Positions 16,296 to 26,144 of a stretch of 64,000 nucleotides of DNA are shown one piece after another. Both the position numbers and the translations under genes were made by a program. Source of the stretch: Candidatus Poriferisocius sp. (lineage in GTDB: Bacteria; Actinomycetota; Acidimicrobiia; Acidimicrobiales; Bin134); NCBI RefSeq assembly GCF_965214065.1, contig NZ_CBDCAT010000027.1, forward strand, positions 823,968-887,967, read 5' to 3'. The notes beneath the pieces are model-generated. The model had not been told where the DNA came from and ran no database searches. It saw only the letters and a list, made by a program, of their open reading frames with translations. Each line of letters starts with the position of its first letter. The stretch's first letter is position 1.

Positions 16296-18952
16296 GCGTA
16301 GCGGAGGGCAGCGGCTTCGAGTACGGCCAAGGTCCTATCAGCGATGGGTTCCCAGTCGAAGGCTGGGCGGCGTTCGATCAGGGCTTGGCGGGAGCGTTCC
16401 AAGTTTTTGGGAGCGAGCTCGTCGAGGCAGCGGGTGAGGTCTTCGACGGTGGAGCCATAGCGGATATCAGCCCCTTCAAAGGTCTCGTCGAAAAAGTCCC
16501 AGTCGCTGGTGATGGCGGGCACGCCCGCCCCCAGGCAGTCGAACGCCGTGCCGGTGGTGAGCATCCCAGACGGGGCGAACGGGAGGATCACCGCGTCGAA
16601 AGCCTTCATGCGCCGCAGGTACTGATTGAAGTCGAGATGGCCGTGCTCGGCAATAATCCGAGGGTCGTCGGGCACGGCCACCGACAGGTCCACCCGGATG
16701 ACGAGTTGGATGTCGTCCCGGCGGCAGGCGGCTACCGCGTCCACCACCAGCTGGAGGTCCTTTTCCACCCGGGGGGTGCCGATGACCGCCACCCGCAGAC
16801 CGCACGGCGCCCAGCCCTCGGACAGCTCCACGTCCTCTCGGGTCGTGTTGGCCACGGCCACATACTCGCGACCCCAGTGGCCGTGGGGGATTACCTGGTG
16901 CTCGGTGTGACTGCCGTAGTTGTAGGTAGCCAGGGCCACATCCCGACCTACTGCGCTGTGGTGGATGACCGCGTCGGCCGCCTCGGCCCAAAGCTGGTAG
17001 CTGGCCGCCGCCTCGTCGGTCTTGAAGAAGTGGGGAAGAAGGTTGTGCTGGGTCCACACGATTGCCGTGCCGGTGGCCTTGACCTGGGCCAGCACCTCGG
17101 CGGTGCGCTGGGGGTCGACGCCGCTCCACCACTCGGGCCAGGCCATGTGCAAGACATCTATGTCACGCAGTCTCCGCACCAGCTTGTCGTCGGGAATGCC
17201 CGCGCCGGTGGCCACCACCCGGTTGGCGAGCGGGTCATACAGCGACCGGTCGTAGGGGTGGCCGTGGATGGTGCTGGCCACCCGCAGGCGGGGGGTGATC
17301 TTCCAGGTGAAGTTCACTGCCGCGGCGGGCTCTAGCTCAGCCTGGTATACCCGGGGCAGCTCACCCCAGAAGCTGCGCCATTCGGCGATACCGGCGGTGT
17401 CGACGACCTGGAGCGGGCCCGAGTCGATCTCCACATCAATGGGGCGAGACTCTGATTCAGCCACCGAGATGGTGAGCGGCCCCGGCAGACCATTGGGATC
17501 GTCGAAACGAAGTTGCTCGGACACCACCAGCGAACGGCCCTTCACCTGGTAGGTGGCCGTTCTGGTTCCGGCAACGGTTGCCTCGCTGCTGCCCGCTGGA
17601 GCCCAGCCGTTGTGGATGGTGGTGACCGTCCCCGGGGAGTGCTCCACCGAGGTGGGCAAACCTGCGGGCACGAGGGGCGCATAGCTGGTACCAGCCATGT
17701 CGTCTCGGCCTCGCGGCGTGATCACCGGCAGCATTACCGGATGGCCGCTCGTGGGCTGCTCCAACAGAACAGGACCCCGGGGCGAAGGGGCGTAGTCGGC
17801 CGAGAAGCCGAAAACGGTAGGCAGAGCGAACGACAGCGACTTTGAGCGATACGACCACACTGTGGCTCGCTCGGAATCGTCGAATCGGACGAAGCGCTCT
17901 GCGGGCAGGAAGGCATCGGTGGACGGCGCGCCGACTATCTCTGGTCTGCGCCGCAGTTCCAGTGCGGACAACAGGAGCTTTCCGTAGATGTCCAAGGTCA
18001 TCTGAAGCCGTCGGGCTGGGCCTCGGTAGAACATGGCTGCCCTGTATTGGTGGGCGGCGATGACGCCACCGGGAAACCACTCCAGCAGATCGTCGAGCGT
18101 GGCGTCGGCCCGGGCCAGCCAGCGGTCTTGAGGGGCTCTTAGGTCACGCCCCGCCGCGATGGCGGCCAACTCGATGGTGATGGCCATGCCCAGCGCGCCG
18201 ATGGAGCGTCCCCACACGATGGTCCCGCCCGGCTGGGCCACTTCGTCGAGATCGCGAAGCACCAGGGACAGTCCGTCGGCCCACCTCGGTCCGAGTAGGT
18301 CCACTAGGGGTTCGGCGAACAGGTACATGTCGGGGGTGTAGATGTCGTAGTGGACCCAGTCGCCCATGCCGTCGTTGAGCCATCCGGTGGGGCTGGTGAA
18401 CATCGAACGCACCCGCTCCAGCAGCCGAGAAAGCTCGGCAGGCTCGTCGTCTCCCCGGAGGCGAGCCAGGGCCCGCAGACATCGGGCGGCCACCACCGCG
18501 AAGTTGGGAGGGATGGCGTCGGTGTCGTCGAGCCGGGCGATGATCTCCTTGGAGTGCACGGCGTCGAGCACGGTGTGGTGCAGCTCAGCAGGCAGCGCAT
18601 CGAGCCCGCCCAGCCGCAAGACGGTTTCCCCGACCCGATAGCTATAGAAGCCCTCGACTGCGGAAGGGTCGAGCGAGGCGACGAGCGGGGGGATTCGATC
18701 CTGCAGGTCGCAGCCGGCGACTTCGTCTACCCCGCATTCGACGAGCAAACCCAGCACGTACAGCAAGTCGGCGGTGGTGTCGTCCAGCACCGGATGCCCG
18801 GCGTACAGGCTGGGCAGCTTGAAGCCGGGAGCGGCGTTCTGCTCGAACTCGGCCATCTTCTCGGCCGTCGTCGACACCAAGCGGTTGGCCAGTTCTCCGG
18901 CGTTGGTGGTCCCGCTCAGCGGCGGCTCGGGCATGCGGAGGTCCAAGCTCAT
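16292..18952 (-). CDS. 886-aa two-part protein: ~560-aa unknown N-terminal domain fused to a GT-B (GT4-like) glycosyltransferase-like C-terminal domain
   Basis: The C-terminal ~320 aa (about 16292-17260) shows GT-B-like features: IVWTQHNLLPH, VIPHGHW, VAVIGTPRVEKDL, LPFAPSGMLTTGTAFDCLGAGVPAITSD. I recognise no motif in the N-terminal part, which looks helical-repeat then beta-rich. Confidence 0.7.
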   Translation of the reverse strand: MSLDLRMPEPPLSGTTNAGELANRLVSTTAEKMAEFEQNAAPGFKLPSLYAGHPVLDDTTADLLYVLGLLVECGVDEVAGCDLQDRIPPLVASLDPSAVEGFYSYRVGETVLRLGGLDALPAELHHTVLDAVHSKEIIARLDDTDAIPPNFAVVAARCLRALARLRGDDEPAELSRLLERVRSMFTSPTGWLNDGMGDWVHYDIYTPDMYLFAEPLVDLLGPRWADGLSLVLRDLDEVAQPGGTIVWGRSIGALGMAITIELAAIAAGRDLRAPQDRWLARADATLDDLLEWFPGGVIAAHQYRAAMFYRGPARRLQMTLDIYGKLLLSALELRRRPEIVGAPSTDAFLPAERFVRFDDSERATVWSYRSKSLSFALPTVFGFSADYAPSPRGPVLLEQPTSGHPVMLPVITPRGRDDMAGTSYAPLVPAGLPTSVEHSPGTVTTIHNGWAPAGSSEATVAGTRTATYQVKGRSLVVSEQLRFDDPNGLPGPLTISVAESESRPIDVEIDSGPLQVVDTAGIAEWRSFWGELPRVYQAELEPAAAVNFTWKITPRLRVASTIHGHPYDRSLYDPLANRVVATGAGIPDDKLVRRLRDIDVLHMAWPEWWSGVDPQRTAEVLAQVKATGTAIVWTQHNLLPHFFKTDEAAASYQLWAEAADAVIHHSAVGRDVALATYNYGSHTEHQVIPHGHWGREYVAVANTTREDVELSEGWAPCGLRVAVIGTPRVEKDLQLVVDAVAACRRDDIQLVIRVDLSVAVPDDPRIIAEHGHLDFNQYLRRMKAFDAVILPFAPSGMLTTGTAFDCLGAGVPAITSDWDFFDETFEGADIRYGSTVEDLTRCLDELAPKNLERSRQALIERRPAFDWEPIADRTLAVLEAAALRYA

Positions 18953-19000
18953 GCTGAAAGCTCGCCAATGGTACTCATGTGGAGTTTCTCGCGTTGGCAG

Positions 19001-19999
19001 TCATGCCATGGTGGCCAGTCGATCTCGGGTGACCTCGTTGAGGGCCTGCTCTCGCACCGACCACCGGCGGACTTCCTCGATCACGTTGTCGGTCATGCGG
19101 GCCAGCTCGGTGCCTTGGCTGCCGGCCAGATGTGGGCTGATCCACACGTTGGGCATATCCAGCAGCGGGCTGTCTTCGGGCAGCGGCTCGGGATCGGTCA
19201 CGTCCAAGATGGCGTGGAGCCGCCCCGACGCCAAGTGGGGCATGAGCGCCTCGTGGTCGATCAGCGGGCCCCGGGCGGTGTTGATCACCGTGGCCCCATC
19301 GGGCAATGCCGCAAGCTGGGCCGGGCCGATCAAGTGCATGGTCTCGGGCAGGGCCGGCGCGTGGATGGACAGCACGTCGGCCCCCGCGCACAGCTCGTCG
19401 AGCTCGAGTTTTTCTACCCCCAGCGATGCCGCCTCCTCGGAGGTCACATAGGGGTCGTATAGCGTCACCTTCAAGTGGGGGAAGGCCCGCAGCAGCTCGA
19501 CCACCCGGCGACCGATTAGAGACGCCCCGACAATGCCGACGGTGCGGCCGTAGTTGCCCCATTGGCGGTCGCCCATGTCTGATAGGGCCGAAAAGTCCGC
19601 TGGGCCACGGCGCCACAGCACGCCCTTGTTGGCGAACAAGATGGCCGCCAGGGTGAACTCGGCCACCGGCTCGGCATTGGCGTTGGCCCCGCTGGTCACC
19701 CGGATGCTCCGATCCCACACGGCGTCGGTCAGGGTCATCTTGACCGTTCCCGCCGCGTAGGCGAACAAACCGAGCCGGGGGGCCCGATCCAGCATGGCCG
19801 CGTCCAGAGGCGGGCACCCCCAATGGCCGACGACCACCTCGGCATCGGCTAACAAGGCGTTGGCTTGGTCGTCCCAAGCCCCGATGGGCTCGGTATTCAA
19901 CAGAGTCCCCAGCGCCCGAAAACGGTCGAGGTCGGCATTGCCGAATAGCTCCAATCCCGGCCAGTGGGCGATGGCGATGTTGGGCTGCCCTCTGCTCAT
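19001..19999 (-). CDS. D-isomer-specific 2-hydroxyacid dehydrogenase family protein
   Basis: GIVGASLIGRRV NAD fold, INTARGPLID, AILDVTDPEPLP, ISPHLAGS (catalytic His). Start chosen at MSRGQPNIAI (19999) so it does not overlap the divergent SDR gene. Confidence 0.85.
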   Translation of the reverse strand: MSRGQPNIAIAHWPGLELFGNADLDRFRALGTLLNTEPIGAWDDQANALLADAEVVVGHWGCPPLDAAMLDRAPRLGLFAYAAGTVKMTLTDAVWDRSIRVTSGANANAEPVAEFTLAAILFANKGVLWRRGPADFSALSDMGDRQWGNYGRTVGIVGASLIGRRVVELLRAFPHLKVTLYDPYVTSEEAASLGVEKLELDELCAGADVLSIHAPALPETMHLIGPAQLAALPDGATVINTARGPLIDHEALMPHLASGRLHAILDVTDPEPLPEDSPLLDMPNVWISPHLAGSQGTELARMTDNVIEEVRRWSVREQALNEVTRDRLATMA

Positions 20000-20061
20000 T
20001 GCAAGAAGTCTCCCAATATCGGCTAGACCATTCACAAGTAAGACCAAAAAGGGGAGCGGCA

Positions 20062-20913
20062 ATGGCTGATCTGGTCAACTACGAGGGCAAGCGGGTGCTG
20101 GTGGTGGGCGGCGCCACCGGGATGGGGGCGGCGGCGGCCCAAAAGGCAGCCTCGTTGGGTGCCCACACCATCGTTTTGGACATTGCTGACGTGGCTTACG
20201 AGTGCGACCAGTACATCCATGTGAACTTGGGCGACCAGTCCAGCGTGGATGCGGCGGTCGAGGCCATCGAAGGGCCGGTTCATACGGTGCTGGCTTGTGC
20301 GGGAGTGGCCGACGGAACCGGCAACCTCATGCTGATCAACTTCACATCTCAGCGCCACCTGATCGAAGCGCTGATCAAAGGCGCCAAGCTGGGCCGAGGC
20401 GGCTCGGTGAGCTTCATTTCCTCGGCAGCCGGTTTGGGCTGGATGAGCAACCTGGAGCAGGTACAGGACTTTCTGGCCACCCCCGACTGGGATACCGCCG
20501 CAGCATGGATCGATGAGAACGAGGGCACCGACAGCTACATGTTCAGCAAGCAGGCCATCAACGGCTATGTGGCTGCCCAGGCATTCCCCTTCCTGCAAAG
20601 GGGCATTCGCATCAACTCAATCATGCCCGGCCCCACCGACACCCCCTTGGCACGGGCCAACGCCGATCTGTGGCTCGGGTTCGGGGCCAGCTACCGGGAA
20701 GCCGCCGATGTGCCCACCCTGGTTCCCGAGCAGATGGGCGACACGCTGCTGTTCCTGAGCAGCGACGCGGCCAGCGGGATCAACGGGATCAACTTGCTGG
20801 TTGACCTAGGCCACACAAACGCCTCGCTGGTGGACGCCTGGGACGACCCATTCGTGAAGGTCATGGCCGGCATGATGGATTTCGACCCGGCCATGTTCGG
20901 GATGGACGAGTGA
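20062..20913 (+). CDS. Short-chain dehydrogenase/reductase (SDR)
   Basis: VLVVGGATGMGAAAA glycine-rich loop and YMFSK (YxxxK). Start at MADLVNY with AGGGGAG upstream. Confidence 0.85.
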   Translation: MADLVNYEGKRVLVVGGATGMGAAAAQKAASLGAHTIVLDIADVAYECDQYIHVNLGDQSSVDAAVEAIEGPVHTVLACAGVADGTGNLMLINFTSQRHLIEALIKGAKLGRGGSVSFISSAAGLGWMSNLEQVQDFLATPDWDTAAAWIDENEGTDSYMFSKQAINGYVAAQAFPFLQRGIRINSIMPGPTDTPLARANADLWLGFGASYREAADVPTLVPEQMGDTLLFLSSDAASGINGINLLVDLGHTNASLVDAWDDPFVKVMAGMMDFDPAMFGMDE

Positions 20914-20926
20914 GCCGTAGCGCCCT

Positions 20927-21766
20927 ATGAGCGGCGAACTGCCTGACATCTTGGAGCTCACCGAGGTCGGTGAGCAGCGTTACCACGTCTTTCAGCCGGC
21001 GGAGTCGGCCGAGGGGCGCGATGTGGTGTTCAGCGGCCAGCTCATGGCCCAGATGATGATGGCGTCAGATCGGGAAGCGGGCGGGACCAAGGACATCCGC
21101 TCAGTCCACTCCATCTTCGCCCGGGCCGGCACTTACACCCTGCCCATCGAGGTGGACGTCGACTCCATGCAGGCCGGGCGCACGTGGGCCAGCGACACGG
21201 TGACTGCCACCCAGGGGGGCAAGCTGCTCAGCCGGGCCATGATCCTGATGAGCACGGTGGACGACGACCTGATGCACCACGAACCGGCCATGCCCGACGT
21301 GCCCGGAGCCGACGGGCTGGACCCCGGTTTCGCCTTCGTCTTCCCCGGCGCCGAATGGCGTCCGGTGCCCGGCGAACCGGAAATCGATGGCGTGCCGGTA
21401 GAGCGGGCCTGGCACCGCTATGAGCCAGGGGCGGGATCTCAAGCGGCCAACCAGGGCATCGCCGGCTGGGCCACCTGCGGCAGCATCATCGGATTGGCTA
21501 TGCGCCCCCACCGCGACACCATCCGTATCGAAGACGCCCATCGCACCCTGTCTACCGGGGTAATTGCCCACACCTTGCATTTCTTGGACCGCCTGGACGT
21601 GTCCCAGTGGCTGTTAGTCCAGCTTCGGGGCACCAAAGCGGCCAACGGCCGGATCTACGGCCAAGGCGAGGTATTCGCCGCCGAGGGCCAGCTGGTGGCC
21701 ACCTTCCACCAAGACTCCATGGCCAGAGCCGCCCCCGGCGCCATGGACCCCTCGCGCTCCATGTGA
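20927..21766 (+). CDS. Acyl-CoA thioesterase II (TesB-like double hotdog)
   Basis: VFSGQLMAQMMMAS and VHSIFARAGT resemble the TesB motifs vfGGqvlaQal and HSLHaYFLrpG. Confidence 0.7.
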   Translation: MSGELPDILELTEVGEQRYHVFQPAESAEGRDVVFSGQLMAQMMMASDREAGGTKDIRSVHSIFARAGTYTLPIEVDVDSMQAGRTWASDTVTATQGGKLLSRAMILMSTVDDDLMHHEPAMPDVPGADGLDPGFAFVFPGAEWRPVPGEPEIDGVPVERAWHRYEPGAGSQAANQGIAGWATCGSIIGLAMRPHRDTIRIEDAHRTLSTGVIAHTLHFLDRLDVSQWLLVQLRGTKAANGRIYGQGEVFAAEGQLVATFHQDSMARAAPGAMDPSRSM

Positions 21767-21806
21767 GCGGGGCCGCATCGGGATAGACGACATATTGATG
21801 AAGGAC

Positions 21807-23258
21807 TCATCGAGTGGTGTCGTCGAGGATCATCAGGGTCTTGAGGTCGCTGTGGAAGTCGAGGGCGTAGTCGCCGCCTTCGCGGCCGATGCCGGAGATG
21901 CCACAGCCGCCGAAGGGGGCGGTGAGGTCTCGCACCAAGAAGGTGTTGACCCATACCAGCCCGGCCCGTATGGCTGCTCCTACTCGTTCGGCTCGGGATT
22001 GTGACGAGGTCCAGATCTGGGCCGACAGGCCGTAATCGGTGCTGTTGGCCAGTGCGATGGCCTCTGCCTCGTCGGCAAACGTCTGCATCGTGAGCACCGG
22101 GCCGAAGATCTCTTGTTGAACCACCTCGCTGTCGTTGGAGGCCGGTTCGATGAGGGTCGGCTCGTAGTGGAGGCTGCCGTCGGTCGGGTGTCCGCCCCGC
22201 ACGATCACATCACCTGCGGCGCGAGCCCGCTCCACGAACTGGTGGACCCGGTCGCGGTGGTCGGGATGAGCCAGGGGGGCGATGTCGGTGGCTGGATCGC
22301 GGGGATCGCCCAGCACTAGGGCGTCGGCGTGGTGGTGGAATCGCTCGAGGAATTCCTTCCGGACTTCCTCGGCGACGAGCAGCCGGGTGCCGGCCAGGCA
22401 CACTTGCCCGGAATCATCGAATTGCCAGGCCGCCCGGTGGGCGGCGGCGTCGAGATCGGCATCAGCAAATACGACGAATGGCCCCTTGCCGCCTAGCTCA
22501 GCAGTGAACGGAACAATGTTCGCCGCGGCGGCCTGACCAATGTGGCGGGCGGTCTCCGGTGACCCGGTGAATGTGATGCGCTTCACCCGGGGGTCGGACA
22601 CCAGCGCAGCGCCCACCTCTTCGCCGATGCCCTGCACAAGGTTGAACGCTCCGGGAGGAAAACCGGCGTCGATGGTGAGCTCGGCCAGCAGCGCCGCCGA
22701 CAGCGGCGACCACTCGGCTGGTTTGTGGATGACGCTGTTGCCCGCGGCCAGCGCGGGGGCCAGCTTCCACGTGCTGAGCATGAACGGGGCATTCCAGGGG
22801 GTGATGACCACCGCTGGTCCGGCGGGCATGCGCTGCACCTGGTTCCTCATGCTCTTGGCGTCCCAAGTGCGGTTCTCGTGCTCAGTGATCAGGTCGGCGT
22901 AGGTGCGGAAGTTGAGGGCCCCCCGGGCCACCAGACGCTGTTTCATCGACTCGAGGAGAAAGCCCATATCGAGGGTTTCCACCAGGGCGATCTCATCGGT
23001 ATGGTCCTCGATCAAGTCGGCCAGCCGGCAGAGCACATCGGCTCGCTTTTCGACGCTGAAGGCGCTCCAGGCCTCGAAGCCCTCCACGGCGGCGGATACC
23101 GCGGATTCCGCCGTGGCCTCGTCACCGCGTGCAACGTCGGCCAAATGCTCCCACCCCATCGGCGACCGGGACTCGAATCGTTGGGGCGAGGACACCCAAG
23201 ACCCGCCGATCAGGTGGTCGACTGGTACCGAGACCCCGCCAACGTCGTGGCGTGTCAC
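21807..23258 (-). CDS. NAD-dependent aldehyde dehydrogenase (5-carboxymethyl-2-hydroxymuconate-semialdehyde dehydrogenase HpaE/HpcC-like by context)
   Basis: ELGGKGPFVVFADAD and GQVCLAGTRLLV (catalytic Glu and Cys). GTG start at 23258, 4 nt after the upstream FAH gene stop. The longer 595-aa track ORF overlaps that gene out of frame. Confidence 0.85.
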   Translation of the reverse strand: MTRHDVGGVSVPVDHLIGGSWVSSPQRFESRSPMGWEHLADVARGDEATAESAVSAAVEGFEAWSAFSVEKRADVLCRLADLIEDHTDEIALVETLDMGFLLESMKQRLVARGALNFRTYADLITEHENRTWDAKSMRNQVQRMPAGPAVVITPWNAPFMLSTWKLAPALAAGNSVIHKPAEWSPLSAALLAELTIDAGFPPGAFNLVQGIGEEVGAALVSDPRVKRITFTGSPETARHIGQAAAANIVPFTAELGGKGPFVVFADADLDAAAHRAAWQFDDSGQVCLAGTRLLVAEEVRKEFLERFHHHADALVLGDPRDPATDIAPLAHPDHRDRVHQFVERARAAGDVIVRGGHPTDGSLHYEPTLIEPASNDSEVVQQEIFGPVLTMQTFADEAEAIALANSTDYGLSAQIWTSSQSRAERVGAAIRAGLVWVNTFLVRDLTAPFGGCGISGIGREGGDYALDFHSDLKTLMILDDTTR

Positions 23259-23262
23259 TGAG

Positions 23263-24147
23263 TCATTCCTCTTCGACGGTGGACTCGTAGTGCTGGGCAC
23301 CGGGACCCAAGGGTGCTCGGATGCCGCGGAACTCCCAGTCCCCGCCTTTGGCGGTGGACTGCACCTCTTCGGAGTTCGACGGCTGCGCCCCCACATCGTC
23401 CCGGATGGGCGTGGGACCGGACACGATGGTGTTGGTGAGCGCGCCCAGGCCCTCCACTTCCACGGTGACCACGTCGCCGGGTTGCACCGGGCGGGAATTG
23501 GCTGGCGTACCCGACAGCAAGATGTCTCCCGGCACCAAGGTGATGGTGCGGGCGATGTCGGCCACGATGTAGTGCATGTCCCATTCCATCTCATCGGTGG
23601 TGGCGTCTTGTTTGACGTCTCCGTTCACGATGGTCTGGATTCGCTTGCCCCTAAAGTCCCACCCGGTGACCAGGCCGGGGCCCACCGGGCACAGGGTGTC
23701 GCTGCCCTTCACCCGCAGCATTGAGCCGGCATCGGTGTCGCGGAAATCGTGGAGCCCGTAGTCGTTGGCCACCGAGTAGCCGGCGATGTAGTCCCCGGCC
23801 TCGGCGGGCGACACGTTGCGGCAGGTCTTGCCGATCACAATGGCGATCTCGCCCTCGTAATTCAGCCACTGACAGCCTTCTGGCCGCACCACGTCACTCT
23901 GGTGGCCCGTCAGGGCTGTGATCGGCTTGTGGAAATAGGTTGGCGCGGCTGGCAGTTTGGTCATGAACTCCTCTACACGGCTGCGGTAGTTCAGATGGAT
24001 GCAGATGATCTTGGTGGGCGTCACTGGTGGCAAATGGACGGCATCGTCGATGGCTGCCGATCGTCCGTCGCCAGATACGAGCCGGTCGCCAATGCGTTCA
24101 ACGTGGCAGGGGTAGCCGTCCATGAGGATGCGGCGATATTCGGACAT
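23263..24147 (-). CDS. Fumarylacetoacetate hydrolase (FAH) family protein (HpaG/HpcE-type isomerase/decarboxylase domain)
   Basis: GEIAIVIGK, GYSVANDYGLHDFR, KGSDTLCPVGP, PGDILLSGTP. Start chosen at MSEYRRILMDG (24147). Confidence 0.85.
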   Translation of the reverse strand: MSEYRRILMDGYPCHVERIGDRLVSGDGRSAAIDDAVHLPPVTPTKIICIHLNYRSRVEEFMTKLPAAPTYFHKPITALTGHQSDVVRPEGCQWLNYEGEIAIVIGKTCRNVSPAEAGDYIAGYSVANDYGLHDFRDTDAGSMLRVKGSDTLCPVGPGLVTGWDFRGKRIQTIVNGDVKQDATTDEMEWDMHYIVADIARTITLVPGDILLSGTPANSRPVQPGDVVTVEVEGLGALTNTIVSGPTPIRDDVGAQPSNSEEVQSTAKGGDWEFRGIRAPLGPGAQHYESTVEEE

Positions 24148-24172
24148 GTCTGGCAATCTACCCATTGATCCC

Positions 24173-24679
24173 ATGGCAACCGACTCCAATCCCGGTGAAC
24201 GTCTGCTCGATGCCGAAGTAGACATTCAGGCTCGGCTGGGTGACCAGCCCCTCGACTTCGACTCGATGCAGGCCATATCCAACATCTACCGGGCCGCCGC
24301 GGCCGTGCGGCGCCGGGCTGAGCGGGAGTTGTTGGCCGAGGCGGGACTGTCGTGGGGCGGCTTCACCATATTGTGGGTGCTGTGGGTGTGGGGGGAGATG
24401 GAAGCGGCCAAGCTGGCCGCCGAATGCGATTTGGCCAAGGGCACCCTGACCGGGATGGTGACCACCCTGGAGAAGCAAGGCAGGGTCGAGCGCACCCGCA
24501 TGCAGACGGACCGCCGCCGAGTCAAAGTGGCCCTGACCCCCGCAGGACTCTCGACCATCGAGCATCTGTTTCCCCAGTTCAACGACTTCGAGGGCAAGAT
24601 GAGCGGAGGCCTCAACGTCGCCGAAAAACACGAACTGGCCCGCCTCCTGCGGGCAGTAACCACGAACGCCTCTGAGTAG
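24173..24679 (+). CDS. MarR-family transcriptional regulator
   Basis: Winged HTH AAKLAAECDLAKGTLTGMVTTLEKQGRVERT. It is divergent from the FAH/ALDH pair. The start is uncertain (24122, 24146 or 24173). Confidence 0.85.
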   Translation: MATDSNPGERLLDAEVDIQARLGDQPLDFDSMQAISNIYRAAAAVRRRAERELLAEAGLSWGGFTILWVLWVWGEMEAAKLAAECDLAKGTLTGMVTTLEKQGRVERTRMQTDRRRVKVALTPAGLSTIEHLFPQFNDFEGKMSGGLNVAEKHELARLLRAVTTNASE

Positions 24680-24680
24680 G

Positions 24681-26144
24681 TCAGCCAATAACAAACGGGT
24701 CGCGGGTGGCGCCGGTGAGCTCTACCCAGACGGTTTTGGTCTGGAGGAAGCCGTCGAGGGCTTCTAGGCCGTTGTCGCGGCCGTAGCCTGATTGCTTGTA
24801 ACCGCCGAAGGGGGCCATGTAGCTGACGTTGCGGTAGGTGTTGATCCACACCGTGCCCACCCGGAGCGCCCTCGACACCCGGTGGGCACGGCGGATGTCA
24901 TTGGTCCATATGCCGGCGGCCAGCCCGTAGTCGCTGTCGTTGGCGAGCTTGACCACCTCGTCTTCGTCTTCGAAGGCAATCACGGCCAGAACCGGGCCGA
25001 AAACCTCCTCCCGGACGATGGTGGACTGGTTGGTCACGCCGGTGATCACGGTGGGCCGCACGAACCGACCGCCGAGTTCGGGGTCGACCACACCGCCGGC
25101 GGCGATGGTGGCCCCCTCTCTGCGGGCCTGGTCGATCATGGCCAGGATCCGGTCCCGCTGGGCGTCGGACGCTGCCGGGCCCATCTCGGTGGCCGGATCG
25201 GAGGGATCACCGAGCACCAGTTCATTGGCCCGATCCACGACCCGTCCGATTACCTCATCGAAGATGTCGCGGTGTACGTAGGCCCTGGATCCGGCAATGC
25301 AGGTCTGGCCACTGGCCGCGAAGATCCCGGCCAAGAGCCCGTTGGTCACCGCCGCGGGGTCGGCGTCGGCGAAGATGATTTGGGGTGATTTACCGCCCAG
25401 CTCCAGCACTGTAGGCGTCAGATTGTCGGCCGCCGCCCGGGCCACGTGCTTGGCGGTGGCCCCGCCGCCGGTGAAGGTGATCTTGTCGATGTCAGGGTGG
25501 GCGGTGATGGCCGCGCCCACCTCGGCCCCTCCGGTCACGACGTTGACGACTCCGGGAGGAAACCCGGCCTCCCCTGTCCGCTCGGCCAGCATCAGCGCGG
25601 TGACCGGGGTGATGTCGGAGGGCTTGACTACCACGGTGCACCCGGCGGCCAGGAGCGGGGCGAGCTTCCAGGTCAACAGGGCCAGCGGCGAGTTCCACGG
25701 GATGATGGCTCCCACTACCCCGATGGGCTCGCGCTCGGTGTACACCAGAAAATTGGGCGATGGGCTGGGCAATTGCTCACCGCCGATTTTGTCGGCCATC
25801 CCGGCGAAGAAGTCGTAATAGCCCTGCAAGCCCTTGGCCTGGGCCGACGTCTCCCGGATGATCTTGCCGTTGTCCCGGGTCTCAGCTTGGCCCAACTGCT
25901 CGGCATCGCGGCTCAGCAGCTCGCCCAAGCGGCGCATAAGCCGGGCCCGCTCGGTGGCGGGCATAGTGGCCCAGGGGCCGTCGGTGAACGCCCGCCGAGC
26001 CGCCCGGACGGCGTCGTCCACCGCGGCGGGGTCGTCGGCCACCTCGGCCCAGGGTTCCCCGCTGAACGGGTTGGCCGTCGCCATGCGCTGGCCGTTGGGT
26101 GGGGGAGCGAAACCCCCGTCGATCCAGTTGTCGTAGGTTTCCAT
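24681..26144 (-). CDS. NAD(P)-dependent aldehyde dehydrogenase
   Basis: LELGGKSPQIIFADAD and SGQTCIAGSRAYV. Its ATG overlaps the ferredoxin stop (TGATG). Confidence 0.9.
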   Translation of the reverse strand: METYDNWIDGGFAPPPNGQRMATANPFSGEPWAEVADDPAAVDDAVRAARRAFTDGPWATMPATERARLMRRLGELLSRDAEQLGQAETRDNGKIIRETSAQAKGLQGYYDFFAGMADKIGGEQLPSPSPNFLVYTEREPIGVVGAIIPWNSPLALLTWKLAPLLAAGCTVVVKPSDITPVTALMLAERTGEAGFPPGVVNVVTGGAEVGAAITAHPDIDKITFTGGGATAKHVARAAADNLTPTVLELGGKSPQIIFADADPAAVTNGLLAGIFAASGQTCIAGSRAYVHRDIFDEVIGRVVDRANELVLGDPSDPATEMGPAASDAQRDRILAMIDQARREGATIAAGGVVDPELGGRFVRPTVITGVTNQSTIVREEVFGPVLAVIAFEDEDEVVKLANDSDYGLAAGIWTNDIRRAHRVSRALRVGTVWINTYRNVSYMAPFGGYKQSGYGRDNGLEALDGFLQTKTVWVELTGATRDPFVIG

